From Cyanophora paradoxa CCMP329 (lineage: Eukaryota > Plantae > Glaucophyta): 64,000 nt of DNA. Each line of letters starts with the position of its first letter. The stretch's first letter is position 1. The stretch covers positions 89,815-153,814 of the forward strand of contig QPMI01000046.1 of assembly GCA_004431415.1 (NCBI GenBank), read 5' to 3'. Shown here in pieces: positions 11,352 through 23,688 of this stretch. Position numbers and translations under genes: made by a program. The notes under the pieces are model-generated. The model saw nothing but the letters and a program-made list of their open reading frames with translations. It had not been told where the DNA came from and made no database searches.

Positions 11352-11628
11352 ACCGACGGGCAGCGCGGCTGCGGGCGCGGTCCCGCAGCCGGGGGAGGAG
11401 GCGGCGTCGGTGGCACCCCCCCGGCCGCGCGCCACGGAGTGCGTCAAATGCCGGGAGCGCCTCCCCGCGGTGGCCCTGGTCCCGTGCCGCCACGTCCCCG
11501 TCTGTGTCGAGTGCTGGGGCCCGCACGTGGCCGGGCGCACCTTCAGCGACGAGGGGGCGGGCATCGCCTGCCCCCACCCCGGCTGCGGCCTCCGCGTCGA
11601 CGGCGCGCTTGTCGTGGTCCTGCCTTAG
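11160..11628 (+). CDS. C3HC4 RING finger protein, C-terminal part
   Basis: CVKC...PCRH...CVEC...CPHPGC, ending VVVLP*; intronless. Confidence 0.8.
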
Positions 11629-11675
11629 GCAGCTGCAGCGCGTGGTGTGTGTGTGTGTGTGTATTTAATTTTCCA

Positions 11676-11930
11676 CTACAACACGGCGCTAGCTAGAAGC
11701 ATCGATATCCGCTCTTCTTCGGCCGTGGCCCGCTCGAACTCCTGGCGCTCTTCCGCTGCCCTCGGCCCGTCATCGTCGTCGACTGTACCGGAACCAAGGA
11801 GGCGGTGCAGGCGGTCGATGCTCACGGGTTTGTGGGGTAGGCCGTAGAGCAGGTGCCTGATGATGAACTGGCGCTCCTCAAGGAGGCGCTGAATGCGGGC
11901 GGGCGGCCGGCTGGAGTGTATCGCTTCCAC
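11676..11930 (-). CDS. Small hypothetical ORF or fragment
   Basis: Protein-like helical sequence converging on the RING ORF across a short TG/AT-rich spacer. Confidence 0.3.
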   Translation of the reverse strand: MEAIHSSRPPARIQRLLEERQFIIRHLLYGLPHKPVSIDRLHRLLGSGTVDDDDGPRAAEERQEFERATAEEERISMLLASAVL

Positions 11931-12189
11931 CGCCCGCGGGCTCAGGAGGGTGGCGGAAGGGTGGCGCCACCCGACGTCCAGGGCGGACCACCACGCCCCC
12001 GGGTTCGCCCGAATGAGGCTCGCGATGAGGGGCGTGCCCCACCTTTTCCGGCCGCCGAGCCGGGGGAGCCCGGGGGGGGGCCGGGGGGGGCCGCAGGGGG
12101 CCCGCCGGGGGGCCGGGGAGCCCGGGGGGGGGCCGTGAGGCCCGCCGGGGCCCGGGGAGCCCGGGGGGGGCCATGGGGCCCGCCGGGGG

Positions 12190-15035
12190 GCGACTGGTTC
12201 AGCCCCGCTGTGAAGGTCGACGGGTTGCGCACCGAGTAGCCTTTCGCAGTGCCAGGCTCCTTGGGCTGAATGGCTGCACAGGGAATTAGGCAGGAGACTT
12301 TCTGAAGATTCCGTTGTGATTCACCTAGGTGTCCTCGGATCTGTTGTAATTCGCGAATCTGTCAGCTCGCGAATTCTAATAATAAAAAAACTAAGCTTCA
12401 AGTTCCAAGGCACCTCGAAAAGAGGCATGAACTGCTGGTGCTGGTGCTCTAGACAGTACCTGCAGCATCCCGCTCAGTCCTGGATCCAAAAACGCGACGA
12501 ACACTCAAACGGACAAAGTCGTCTGCCAAGTAGGGCTTTCGTCCCATAGGCCGAAGCGCGTGTTGGCAGTTGGATCGAAAGGAGTGCCCGGTTTAGATGT
12601 CGAAGCGGTGGCCGGATACGCTCGAAGATTGTACTGGAGCTCCCTAGGCTTTTGTAAGGTATCATAACGGAGCGGACAAAGCAAGAGCTGACCCGGCGAT
12701 GTGCCCTAGCCACCTTGGGAACGCCGAACCACCCGCCTTCACGTTCGGATAAAAAACAGAACTTGAATCGGGTAGAGTACGGCCTGGATGGCAAGGCTCG
12801 ACACGCCGAAAACAGAAACATGCATCTACTCGACACTAGATGCGTACCAGTCTCTGATTTAAAAATCGGGTAGTTCGCGGCAGTGGAATGCCGCTCCCTG
12901 CATCGAAAATCGAATGCATTAATTCTCGTTGGTAGAGAAAAGAGTTTCGTGTAGCAAGCCTACGGACCCGAACCACTTGCTGAAGCCGAGTGCGAAATCT
13001 GCCACAATTGCAATGCGATATTGATGGGAAAACACAAAGCCAGGACAGAGAAGACGCACTATCCAATCCAGGGGCCGCGACCTTGTTCCAGCTCGGATCG
13101 TACGTTGTTGCGAGCTGCGATATAACTCAGAGTGCGCCATGCTTTTCGATTACGGTCGAAAACTGTGCGCACTGAAAACAAGCCTGTTGTAGAAGAAGAA
13201 GAACGCAAAGATGTCAAAGATGGCTTTCAAAAAAAGCGGGACAGAGGACAGAGGTGAAACACGGGACAGAGGTGAGCTCACCGTCTGTGACATCCGTACG
13301 CCGAATCCTGCACATGGTTTAAGTAGAGCTCTGTGCAGATCGCAAGCTTTTCGTACCTCAGGCACCACTGGAGTGCAGAATTCGAAGTCGCGTCGGCGTG
13401 GGTTATCACCGAGAAAACCAAGAGAGGAAAGGCACGCACTGCATCGTACACGAGAATTGGTTGATCGCATTCGACGTACACGTCAAGGGTTTTGCTTGTA
13501 GGGTCTGAATTGCGCATGCTGTGTCAAAATTCGAGAATTCGCGTGCTGGTGCAAGTTTGAAAGACAAGGGACCGACCTCGTTTGGTACCATCTACGATCA
13601 CATTTTGTTTGCAAATGCCGAAAAGCGGAAAATCCTTCGGGCGAGTCTTTCGCGGGCATGTGCATTAATTCCAATGCCGTGCTCGACTGATTTGAAGGAA
13701 ATGTGCATGTACGTGTACCTTATAAACACCGCTAACTTTCGTCGGCAGCTGGAAGGCCACCCCCACCTTCTCCTGTGCTTTGCACTCTTTCGCATACGCT
13801 GTCGTAACCGTCGTGGCGCAAGGCCAACCCTTTCCGCTGTCGCCACGATTCGATTTTACAATGGCAACCTGCAAAACCCGTACTTGGTCGAGAGACAGGC
13901 ACGATCGCGAGAGCAAAGTTCATATATATATATATATATATATATCATCATGGGCACCCGAAATTCGAGGTTGGTAGGAATCGTGTCATTAAACCCTCCG
14001 GCTGTTTTGAATCCACTCTTTGTATCCGGAAAGAAAAGTCTGAAGACCTTCATTTCGATTTTGAAACAAGTGTGCATGTACATGTCTTAGCAACGCACGT
14101 GAAGTAGACAGAAGTGATGTTGATTGGCGCATTCATGTACCGCATACTGCGCGAAGATTTGAATAAATAGTATTGGCAAATAGGCTTCTAATTAAGCATG
14201 TCATTTTAGGCTTCCGAAAGCACAATTGTAAATTTACTTACCAGTAGAAGAAATCATCTGCAAGACGTCGAAGAGCAACGATTATGGGTATGGATGCAAC
14301 CAATTTCCGAAATATCGATACTCACTTGTCGGTCCGCGGGCCTCGATGACCTTCCCATCTGCCTGGTGGGTCGCAGGTTCTCCCGTGTCCGCATCGGATA
14401 AGAGGCAGTATTGGTTGTAGCGATTTTGTGTATCCAATTCCCAGTAATTTCCAATTCGAGCTTGGTCTGCGCATGCGCATGCGCAGTGGTTATATTAAAC
14501 GTTTTTAACACAGGAGTTGCTGGAGTGAAACGGGGCTAGGCGCACGCATGTAGTAGCTGCTCTCTTGCGAACTTTTCGTCAATCCCGCCGGTTCGCCGCC
14601 GGCCTTAGTGCCATCTCCCTTCAAGTAAGTCGAGATGATTGGCTTGTCGCCTGGTGCGCCGTCCGAGAAGCGGATGCCTGGTCGGCCCTGAACACCACTG
14701 CGCCGTCGCAATGCGCCAGCCAGATGAGCTATCGTCTAGAAAACCAAATTCTCGCGCTCCTCTATGTTCGCGCGCTCCTCTATGTTCGGAAGCTTATGCA
14801 TGTTCGGAAGCATTTGCACGATGCACGGGCACAGAATTCGAAGCAAGATCTAGATCTAGAGGACGCACACGGGGCCCATGTCTCCAGCTGTGCGGGGATC
14901 TTGACCCGCCGCCGCGTGCGAGACGGACAACACGAACGCCGACGCGACGAAGATCGCCAAGATGATCGAGGCCAGGCCGCTGGGCCGCGGCCGGCCGGCG
15001 ACCACGCGCCGGCAGGAGCCGGGCGCGCCCGCCAT
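12190..15035 (-). pseudogene. 3'-truncated inverted paralog of the giant receptor gene (N-terminal exons only)
   Basis: MAGAPGSCRRVVAGRPRPSGLASIILAIFVASAFVLS, SGVQGRPGIRFSDGAPGDKPI and SKTLDVYVECDQPI match plus-strand exons at 39786, about 40060 and about 41250. Runs into GC-rich patchwork at about 12.2 kb. Confidence 0.8.
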
Positions 15036-15508
15036 GGACGTGCGAGACCTCCGCCGATCAAGCCGCGCGCACTCCAACGCACGCGGGCCTGCAGCCAGCT
15101 ACAGCTGCCCTAAGCCTGCTCAGCAGCTGCAGCTGCAGCTGATGCAGCTGATGTCGATATAAGGGGAGCGAACGCCCACGAGTTGCAGGGACCGTCGCAC
15201 GGGCCAGTCTAGGCTAGGGCCGCTAGGCTACCCGACGACCTCTTACCGCACTACGGTAGTACCGTAGAGTCGGCGTAGACCCGTAGTACTGTACGTTCAA
15301 CGGTTCTCGACTCTGAGAGACTCTGAGATCTGCAGGCCGCCTGACTCTAGAGGCTGCAGCTGAGGCCGTACCGCCGGCCCGCCGCGGCCGCCGGGCTTCT
15401 ACTAGGCTAGCTTCTATCTTCGTACGCCGTGACGGTAGACTATCTACTAGTACTACGCCGTGTGACGGTACTACCGTTACAGTACCGTAATATAAGATGT
15501 CTAGACTC

Positions 15509-15549
15509 TAGAGTGTCTAGAGACTGTGGCCGGTAATTCACCAAAAAAC
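15509..15549. mobile_element. Solo TIR of the MITE family seen at 36481-36832
   Basis: GTGTCTAGAGACTGTGGCCGGTAATTCACCAAAAAA is the reverse complement of about 36783-36818. Confidence 0.7.
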
Positions 15550-17114
15550 ATATTTCGGCAAAACCTGAAAAATGTGCCAAGATTGTGGTTCGTCGCCGAG
15601 TCGGCATCATATTTTCGGCAACACATGTACAGCCAGTCCGCCTAGGCGGCGGGTACGTTGATCCCTCTTCTGCCATACATCTGCACAATTCTGGCACAAT
15701 TTATAATTACAGCCGCTGAGCAATTACTAGTACAGTAGTAGTACTCAGTGATTGGTCATAGTCTGGTACCGGTATAGCTGGCCGAGGCTGCTGGACGAAT
15801 GGGCTGCTCCCAATGTAACCAATCCCGGAGTCCGTGCTTTTTCGCGCGTCCGACGGTCTGATCATGATTATCACTGAGTATTGGTGCGATCATCGGATTC
15901 GGTCAATTTCGGTGGAATCGGTGCACGTGACCGCGCGCCGCGTACGGGCGGCGGCGTACCGTGCATGACTCAGTGACGGACCGGGACCTCGGTGACTCGG
16001 CGTCGAGTCGGCGACGAGTACTAGTCGGCGACTCGGCGTGTGCAGCTGCAGCCTGCAGCCTGCAGCTGCAGGCTGCAGCCTGCAGGGCCATGTCACCGGC
16101 CCATGTGCACGTGCAGGCTGCAGCCTGCAGCTGGCCATGGCCATGGCTGCCGCAGTGCAGCCTGCGCTGGCAGCGCTTCTAGATCTCCGAGGCTCAGGGG
16201 GCTGACAGGGGCCCGGCTTCAAAAAAGCTTCGGGGCAACTTAAGCTTGGCAAGTTCGGGCCCGCGCCGCCGCGCGCGCGCGACTCCGGATCCCCGGGCCG
16301 CGAGGGCTGCCAGCATTATGGCAGCATAGCGCGTGGCGGGCGCAGCGCTAGCTATATAGCAGCCTGCGGCCGCGCGCAGCTACTAGCTCCGTATATACGC
16401 GGCCCGCGAGCGCCCGGCCTCGCCGCGGCCGAGTCGTTCCCTCGAGCTCGCGCTCGCGGCCCCGCCCCTCGCGATCGTCCGCGCGCCGTGCGAGGAATCG
16501 CCGAGGACACGGACGTGATCCTGAGCTCGATCACTCGCGCGATTGCAGCGCGCGCGGACGCAGCTGCAGCCTCAATCGCGAGAGGTCCATCGGCCGTCGC
16601 TGTGCCACGTCCGATGCCTCGCGGCGCACGATTGCAGTTGGCAAAGAGCTCGAGCGGGTGCATGCGGCTTTGCGGCGCCGACGGCGACGCCGAGCGCAGC
16701 GGCTCGCCGCCTCTGGCCGAGGACGCGTGGCCGCGGGGCGCGGCGCTGGAGGCGGAGCGGGCGGCGCTGCTGCAGCGAGTGCGCGGGGCCCGGGGCGCTG
16801 CAACAGGGGAAGCCCGTCCTTTGGAAGAAGACTTCGCTTGCCCTCGCCGCCGACGACGTCCTCAAGCGCGGCGGCCTCCTTGACAAGCTTCTCAAGCTCG
16901 AAGCCGTAAGCGGCCCGCCCCGCTCCTAGCTCCCGTACCTTCCTCCCCTTCCCTCCCGCTCTTAGCACACCCCCCCCCCCCCCCCCCCCTCCCCCCCACA
17001 CACACCTCGGGCCGCCCTCCCGCGGCCGCCCCGTCCCGCCCCGGCCGCCCCGCTACCTCCCTCCCCTCGAGCTCCACCCTCCCTCCCTCCCTCCCCCCTC
17101 TTCTCCCCCCCCTC

Positions 17115-17440
17115 CTAGGCCGCCCCTACCCCTAGGCCGACCCCTACCCTAGGCCGCCCCTATAGCTACCCTAGACCGCCCCTACGTCGCCCCCTACCCC
17201 TAGGCCGCCCCCTACCCCTAGGCCGCCCCCTAGGCCGCCCCCTACCGGTAGGGGTAGGGGGCGGCCTAGGGGTAGGGTAGGGGGCGGCCTAGGGGTAGCT
17301 ATAGGGGCCGGCCTAGGGGGCGGCCTAGGGGTAGGGGTCGGCCTAGGGGTAGGGGGCGACCTAGGGGGCGGCCTAGGGGTTATTAAAGGGGCCGACCTAG
17401 GGGTAGGCCTACCCCTAGGCCGCCCCCTACCCTTAGGCCT
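17115..17440. repeat. Fold-back satellite of CTAGGCCGCCCCTACCC-type units
   Basis: Units switch orientation at CTACCGGTAG (about 17241-17250) and again near 17405. Confidence 0.8.
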
Positions 17441-17454
17441 ACCCCAACGCGGAG

Positions 17455-19340
17455 GTGGACACGGAGTCCCGCGCCTCTCGCGCCCGCACTGCGCCCCGCG
17501 CCAAGACCGACTACGTGCCCACTGAGGAAGCCGAGATCGTCGAATTCGAAGCAGCTAGCTCTCTCTCACTGTTCTATGGTTTGTGCGCTCTAGCACCCCG
17601 CGCGACGTTCGCAGAGTCCTTCTGGCAACTAAGCATCATCTTCGACACCCGCGGAACGGTTTCGGGTCGCCGCTGACGTCGCCTTCGCTCCGAGCCGACG
17701 AACCCGCGAGGTCCGAGCCGATTCGCTGCGCCGTGCTCTCACAGGCTCTCCGCAGCATTTCACGGGGAGAACATACCTTCTCATACATTCGCGCACTGCG
17801 CCCTCGCCCGTCGCCTTCGCGCGGACCAGCTGCAGATCCTGTCAACGCAACCGCGACGTTTCGGTTTCCGGCGCCGGCGCGTATTCCGGCCTCACCCGTC
17901 GCCCTGATTCTTTCGGCAGTGCTTCGGAAGTCCTTACTGACGTTCTGAGTGCCATTAAGCTCGCCGGCGCGAGCCGTGTTCCTGACCTGCTCATTCGCAA
18001 AATCCGTACCGGGATCTGTCCCGCGCAATACGTACCGGGATTTGTTCCGCGATTCTCATACCGGGATCAGTCCCGCGACGCTCCTGCGCAGACGCTTACG
18101 CTCATCCCATTCGCGCGCAAGCCTCGTACAGGGAACCGTCCCGCGCAACGCTTTCCCCTGCGCAGTTGCACGAATCTGACCCCCTAACCACTCGCCCTCG
18201 TCCCGCCTGACTCCCTCACGGCCTCTTGCCGTCCCGCCCTGCGCCACGCCGCGCAGTCCGAGACGATTCGGTCTACCCTTTACGACATCTGGTGTCTTGT
18301 ACCCCCTTCCGCGCCCAGCGCCCACCCCCCCTCGGCATTATCTGCCTTTCGCCCCCTGTCTGCCCCGCTCCACCAGAGCTCCTCCAGCTCCAGCTCGGGC
18401 TACACGAGCAGCTCCAGCAGCTCTTCGTCCTCCTCCTCAAGCCGCGGTGAGCGCGAGCGCCGCCGTAAACGACGGGATCGCAGAGACAAGCGCCACGGCA
18501 AGAGGTCGAGCAAGAAGTCCCGCACCAGCCGCAGGGTCGCCGCCGCCCCGGGCGCCGCCGCCCCCGACGCCGCCGCCAACGCCGCCGCCAACGCCAACGT
18601 CCGTGCTGACGTCGACGCCAACGCCGACGCTGGCGCCCCACCCTCTTCTGCAAGGCCGGCTCCTCCCGTCCGCGACCGGCAACCTCACCCAGCGGCGATC
18701 CCAGCCTACTTCAACGCCTCGCAGGACCCGCTGCCCTTTCCCGCGCTTCAGTACGCTTATGACGCTGACGGTCGCCTCGGGATTTTAGTTCCGCACGAAG
18801 AGAACGAAGGGGAGATCGGCGACCCCGTGCTGGCCTACGCAGCCGCGGCCTTCGGGATACCCCGCTCCGTCCTCCGTCCCGCGCCGACGATGACATCCGC
18901 GCCATCAACCAGCGAGCTGGGCCGTTTGGCGTCGTTCTGGCAGCGGGGATGGACAATGTCTACGCCCAGTGCCTCGCGATCGACGTCATGACAGCCTGCA
19001 GCTGCAACGAGCGTCTCGAGGGCCTGGAGAACGACTTCAACGCCCTTCGAGCTGCCACCCCTCCCGCCCCCCTATTTGCTCCGCCGCCGCCTCTTTATAA
19101 TTAGATCCGCCCGCTGAGCTAAGCCTGGTGCTTTCTAGCGCCCGGCCACTGCACGCCCACTCGCTCTAGTATCTTAAGAGGGCGTGTACAACAGCTGATC
19201 GACGACGATGCTGATCATGACCTTCGAATTCGCTCGCAGGCGAGCACGACGTCGCCCCCCAAGGCCAAGAAGCCCGTCCCCAAGAAGCCCAAGAAGTGAA
19301 CGCGTCGTAGTCGGAGTCGGAGTCGGAGTCGGAGTTTTAC
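17455..19340 (+). pseudogene. Degenerate coding-like region, unassigned (possibly a TE relic)
   Basis: Protein-like patches (VPTEEAEIVEFEAA; DDDIRAINQRAGPFGVVLAAGMDNVYAQCLAIDVM) with stops and frameshifts. Confidence 0.25.
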
Positions 19341-19523
19341 CTTCGCACCTTTTCAATTTTACCTGCGCCTTCGCGCGCGTGCACTTTTCACCTTTTCACC
19401 TTTCATTTAACCTGTACAGCAGAGCTAGCAGAGCTGCTAGCGCTGTTTCAAGCAGATGTCACAGTATACAGTACCAGAGCAGTACTATTTGGACAGTATC
19501 CTGATATCAACATGACATTATAT

Positions 19524-22500
19524 ATTATTGCAAGGGGGGAAAGAAGACCGAAGGTCTTCCCCCCTTGCTTCCCGTTCCCTCGCTTCAGCCAAAAGTTTTC
19601 TATGAGGCCGTTTTCGAGGTCCAGTTTGCAACGAAAATGTGCCGTTATTCGCGATCTGATTGGCTCGGTGGACCGGTCAGCTTTCGAGCTCGCGAGAGCT
19701 CTCTCGAACTCGCGAGAAGTGGTCTTCGAATTCCTTCCGATCCGCGGTTCTGCATGCCATGATGGAACCAGTTCTCCCTATATATATAGCTAGCTGTCTC
19801 CTCTAGATTTCGGCTTCCTCGCAGTGCGTCGCGTACGCCTTGGGAACCAGTTCTCCCTAGCTGTCTCCTCTAGATTTCGGCTTCGTCGCAGAGCGTCGCG
19901 TACGCCTTGCTCTTCGTTGCGCGGTTCTGCATACAATCACAGTGCGTGTGTACTTCCTAGCTGTCTCCTCTAGATTTCCGCTTCGAATTCCTTGCAGTGC
20001 GCCGCGTACGCCGCACGGTATCCGTGACGCCTGAACTACTTTTGACTGCATCAAGTTTGCACCGCAGCACTGCGTACCGAGCACGCGCCGCTGCGCGCAG
20101 CCGAGCACGCTGCCCGGCACTCGTGCTTGATAGAGCTTGCACCGCACTGCGGCAAAACCGCTTGCACCGCTGCCTATAGCTAGCTGCCGCAGTGCGCCGC
20201 TGATCGCAGCCGAGGACGCCAGGCCGTCCAGACTGTCATCTCTTGCTGCGCCGAATACGTCTGCGAAATCGAGTTTATACCGCAGTTTTGCGTGCGCCGC
20301 TGCCCGCAGCCGAGCACGTTGGCCGCGGCCCGGCCCGGCGCTTTTGTTGCGCTCGCGCGCGGTTGCCACTCCGCTGCACGGCTTCTCCGACTGGCGGCGG
20401 TGCTTGCTTCCGGCTACTAGGCTAGCAGCTTCGCGAGATTGCGCACTAGATGGGGCGGCGATCTAGATCTGCAGCCGCTTCTGTGCCCGGAGATGTCGTC
20501 CCTGGGCGAGATTTCCTGCCGTCGGACGCCCAATGCACGTTCTCATCGTCGTGCACTGGCGGAATTTGCTTACGTTGTCCGCCCGGAGTCCGTGAACACT
20601 TCTGCTATCGCAGAAGCTTGCTTCGTCATGTTCGGCAGCACAGTCGCAGCATCGCCACGCAGGGCACTTACAATTCAGCAGTGAGCATGCGTGCGCAGTC
20701 TTCAGTTGGCGTGCAGCTGTCTGAAATTATATATATATATTGCATACACAGGTCGCCGCAGCTGAAGACCACAGAAGTCCTCCCACAGGCTTATCGTCAC
20801 ATTTTCCTCTGGCGGTACCCTCTCGTTAATTGACATGCATATCCCGCCCGCATTGACGTGTACGCTCAGCCTGGAGCGTTTCAACTTCCTGAGAGGAACA
20901 TTGGAGCAGAGCCGGCCCGTCAAATCAATCAGGTTTGCGATAGACTGATATATTCATTTCGAATAATGTTAATGACTTGTTCCTCCAGGCTTTGCCACCA
21001 TCGTCGATCGCAGTGCGTGATGAAACTCAAGAGACTTAAAAAAGCTTATTCAAATTGCTGAAATGCTGTGCAGGAATTCTCAACCTCCTCGAAACGCGTG
21101 CGCTGCAATGGGAGATCAGCTGATCGTGTATCGTTTTCGGACGAAAACGATCTGAATCACGCGGACGAAAACGATCTGAATCACGCTGACTCAAGCCCCG
21201 AATTCCGCATTCCGAATTCTCAATCCCGAACTCATGGTCCCGATTTCCGCGAAAGCGAATGCGCATCCCGCGAAACTGAGCCATCCGTGAGCCGGGAAGT
21301 GCAACGGCTCGGTTTCCAACATCCCGGGCCGCATTGGAGAGCGGTGCGCCGTTTGGCACCTGGTCCTTAATGCTATCCCTCAGTGCGTTCGCATCAGATG
21401 TCGTGCAGCACCTGCAAACGGCTTTTCACAGACAAGTTCTCGTTCGACCGGCACATCGAGCGTGCGAAGTGCTCGCCGCAGGCTGTACCTTCCGACATGT
21501 CTATTGCGGCAACGGCAGCGGTCGGCCAGTACCCGTGCAGGCAGTGCTCTATTATCTGTCCGTCGGCTCCTTCTCTTCGCCAGCACGAGGCTGCACACGC
21601 CCGAGGTAATTTTTGTGATGTTTTCCTGAACCAGATCGATGTAGTGACGTTGCCCGCAATGCAGAGGCTGCGGAGGACGTAGTCGAGTCAGAATGCAGCA
21701 GCAGTTCGTCCGAGGAATTCGAAGAAGCCGACCCGGCGTTAGGCCGCCGGAAGCGAACGGCCAGACGGGCCACGCATAGCTGCGATCATGAGGGCTGCGG
21801 CTGGAGCGGCGCTTCTGCATCCTCTCTGCGGAAGCACAAAGAGAAGAAGCACCCTCCAGGTGGATTCTATTTTCGTGGACATGTGGATTCGGGATTCCCT
21901 CGCTAAATTGTCGATATCGCCGGTCAGATATCGCTCCTTGGGACGCACTGCCAGCTCTTACTACGACGTGGATGAAGACGTGGCCGCGAAACAGCACGTT
22001 TTGGACGTGCGCCTGCTGCGCGGAGTATCGGCCTGCCGCGGACTTCCCCAAATGCCCCTTCTTCCCTGCCTCGCTTGAGATCTTTACTCCCCTCTGGGTG
22101 TACAAGTGAGCACTCCGAACCTATTCTACATTTCCATTGCGCAGCACTTATCTGGGTGCAGGGAGGATATCGAGGCGCCCCCACCGTGGCAGAAACAGCT
22201 TGGCGTCGAAAAACGCGAGGGCTCTCTGCTGCTGCCGCCGGCCTTTGAGCGCGTCACCGGAGCGGAAAGCCGGCCGGGCCTGCAGCAAATGCTAGCCGTA
22301 CTCAAAGTCGAAGGCGACTCGGGCACCTTCGTCGAGTCGTGCCCTGGCAGGATGTGCAGCTGCAAGGTCGCCTGCAAATCGAACATTCCGCACTTTAATT
22401 TCGTCTTTGCCAGCGCTGCATCCCCACCCTCAAATCGGGCGACACGCCTCGGAGGGTGCACGTGCGCCCGTCACCGTGACTCTGAAAGTGCGGCCCTGGC

Positions 22501-23525
22501 TCATTCGTCGCGCTCTCTTCTGGCTGAAAAAGGTTTGCGGCCCATTGTAATATTCTCTTTCATGATCAGGTGTTTGCAACAGCGGGTGAGACCTTGTGCG
22601 CGCGCTTCGCAGAACAATATTCTGTATAAAAACATCGACATCAGCGAGGAGAATTTGGCCACATACAATCGGAACGTCATGGTTGTCCCGCAGGCAGGCG
22701 ACGTTGTGCATACAGCGGACGGGCCCGTCAATTCCTCCGAAATAATTGAGTCTGCGAAGCATTTGCCGCTCGACGAGGATCCCGAAGATGCAAAGACGGG
22801 TGCGCAAAGATTCAAAAAAGTGGACCGCCCTTACCTGACCTCTGTTCATGATTGCCACGGCAGGCCTGCAATCGAGGACCTCCACATGGGAGTCCTCACG
22901 CGCATCCGAGACGCCGGCCTCGCGGATATCGAACTTCAAGACCTTGTCTACCAGATGCGCGGCGGGAGCGAGCAGCGCGCCAGCCGCGCGGCTCTGCAGG
23001 CGCTCGAGGCGGCGGGCCGCCTCACCATGCTCTCGCAGCAGGGCCCTCTTCAGGACCGGCGCCGCTGGCTGCCGCTCACCCGCACGGCCGACTTCCGCCC
23101 CGACCCCCTCCAGAAGGCCTGGATCGCCTACGTTTACGGCGAGCCCTCTGCAGACAGCACCATCATCTTTTAGCCAGCTGTTCAGGGTTAGCGGTAGTCC
23201 GTGCGAACACAGTTCATGCGCAGCGTTTTTCCGCTCCAGAACAATCTTTCTTATACAGTGCGCTGAATTTGGCCTTTCGTTGAGCCTTTTCTTTATTCGG
23301 TTTGATCTCAGCGCCTGATTGGGTCTTTTCTACATCTGCTTATCGGGCCTTTTCTATTTTTTCAATCATAATCTGTGTTTATCTTTACACTTCAACCTGC
23401 CGCGCGCACTGGGCCGGGGTCGATCTACATTTGCCCCGTGCATGTTCGTGCCACTACGACTCTTTCATTAGATCCCGGTTCCCCCCTTGCACCCCCGGCG
23501 CGCCAAAACGCGGCCGGGCCCCTAG
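19524..23525 (+). mobile_element. Helentron/Helitron2-like element A (about 4.0 kb) with cargo gene
   Basis: 5' subTIR TGCAAGGGGGGAA at 19529-19541 forms a hairpin with 19557-19568. Internal tandem repeats at 19765-20000. Perfect 3' subTIR at 23479-23491, GC hairpin at 23494-23518, CTAG|T at 23522-23525. Both ends are shared with element B. Confidence 0.75.
20450..23173 (+). CDS. Multi-exon C2H2 zinc-finger plus CXC-like Cys cluster protein (cargo of element A)
   Basis: CSTC...H...C, CRQC...HEAAH and CDHEGC...HKEKKH fingers; WTCACC ribbon; CSCKVACKSN..CTC..CVC cluster; long final exon to the stop at 23173. Start is uncertain. Confidence 0.6.
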
Positions 23526-23529
23526 TATA

Positions 23530-23672
23530 TGACATTATCCTGGCATCTTTCTGACATTTTGGGATAATGTCGAGATAATGTCCAGATAATGGAAGTTGCA
23601 AACATTTTAATGTCAGGATTATGTCAGGGCTGACAATAGTTATAGTGTCAGAATGATGCCCGGATAATGTCA
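23530..23672. repeat. Small fold-back/MITE relic with 27-bp inverted repeats and repeated ATAATGTC motifs
   Basis: TGACATTATCCTGGCATCTTTCTGACA versus TGTCAGAATGATGCCCGGATAATGTCA (2 mismatches). Confidence 0.7.
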
Positions 23673-23688
23673 GTTCTACCCCATTCTA

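Noticed and set aside
17115-17440. Interstitial telomeric repeat
   Set aside because: Irregular TAGGGG/CTAGG units with inversions and no regular telomere register.
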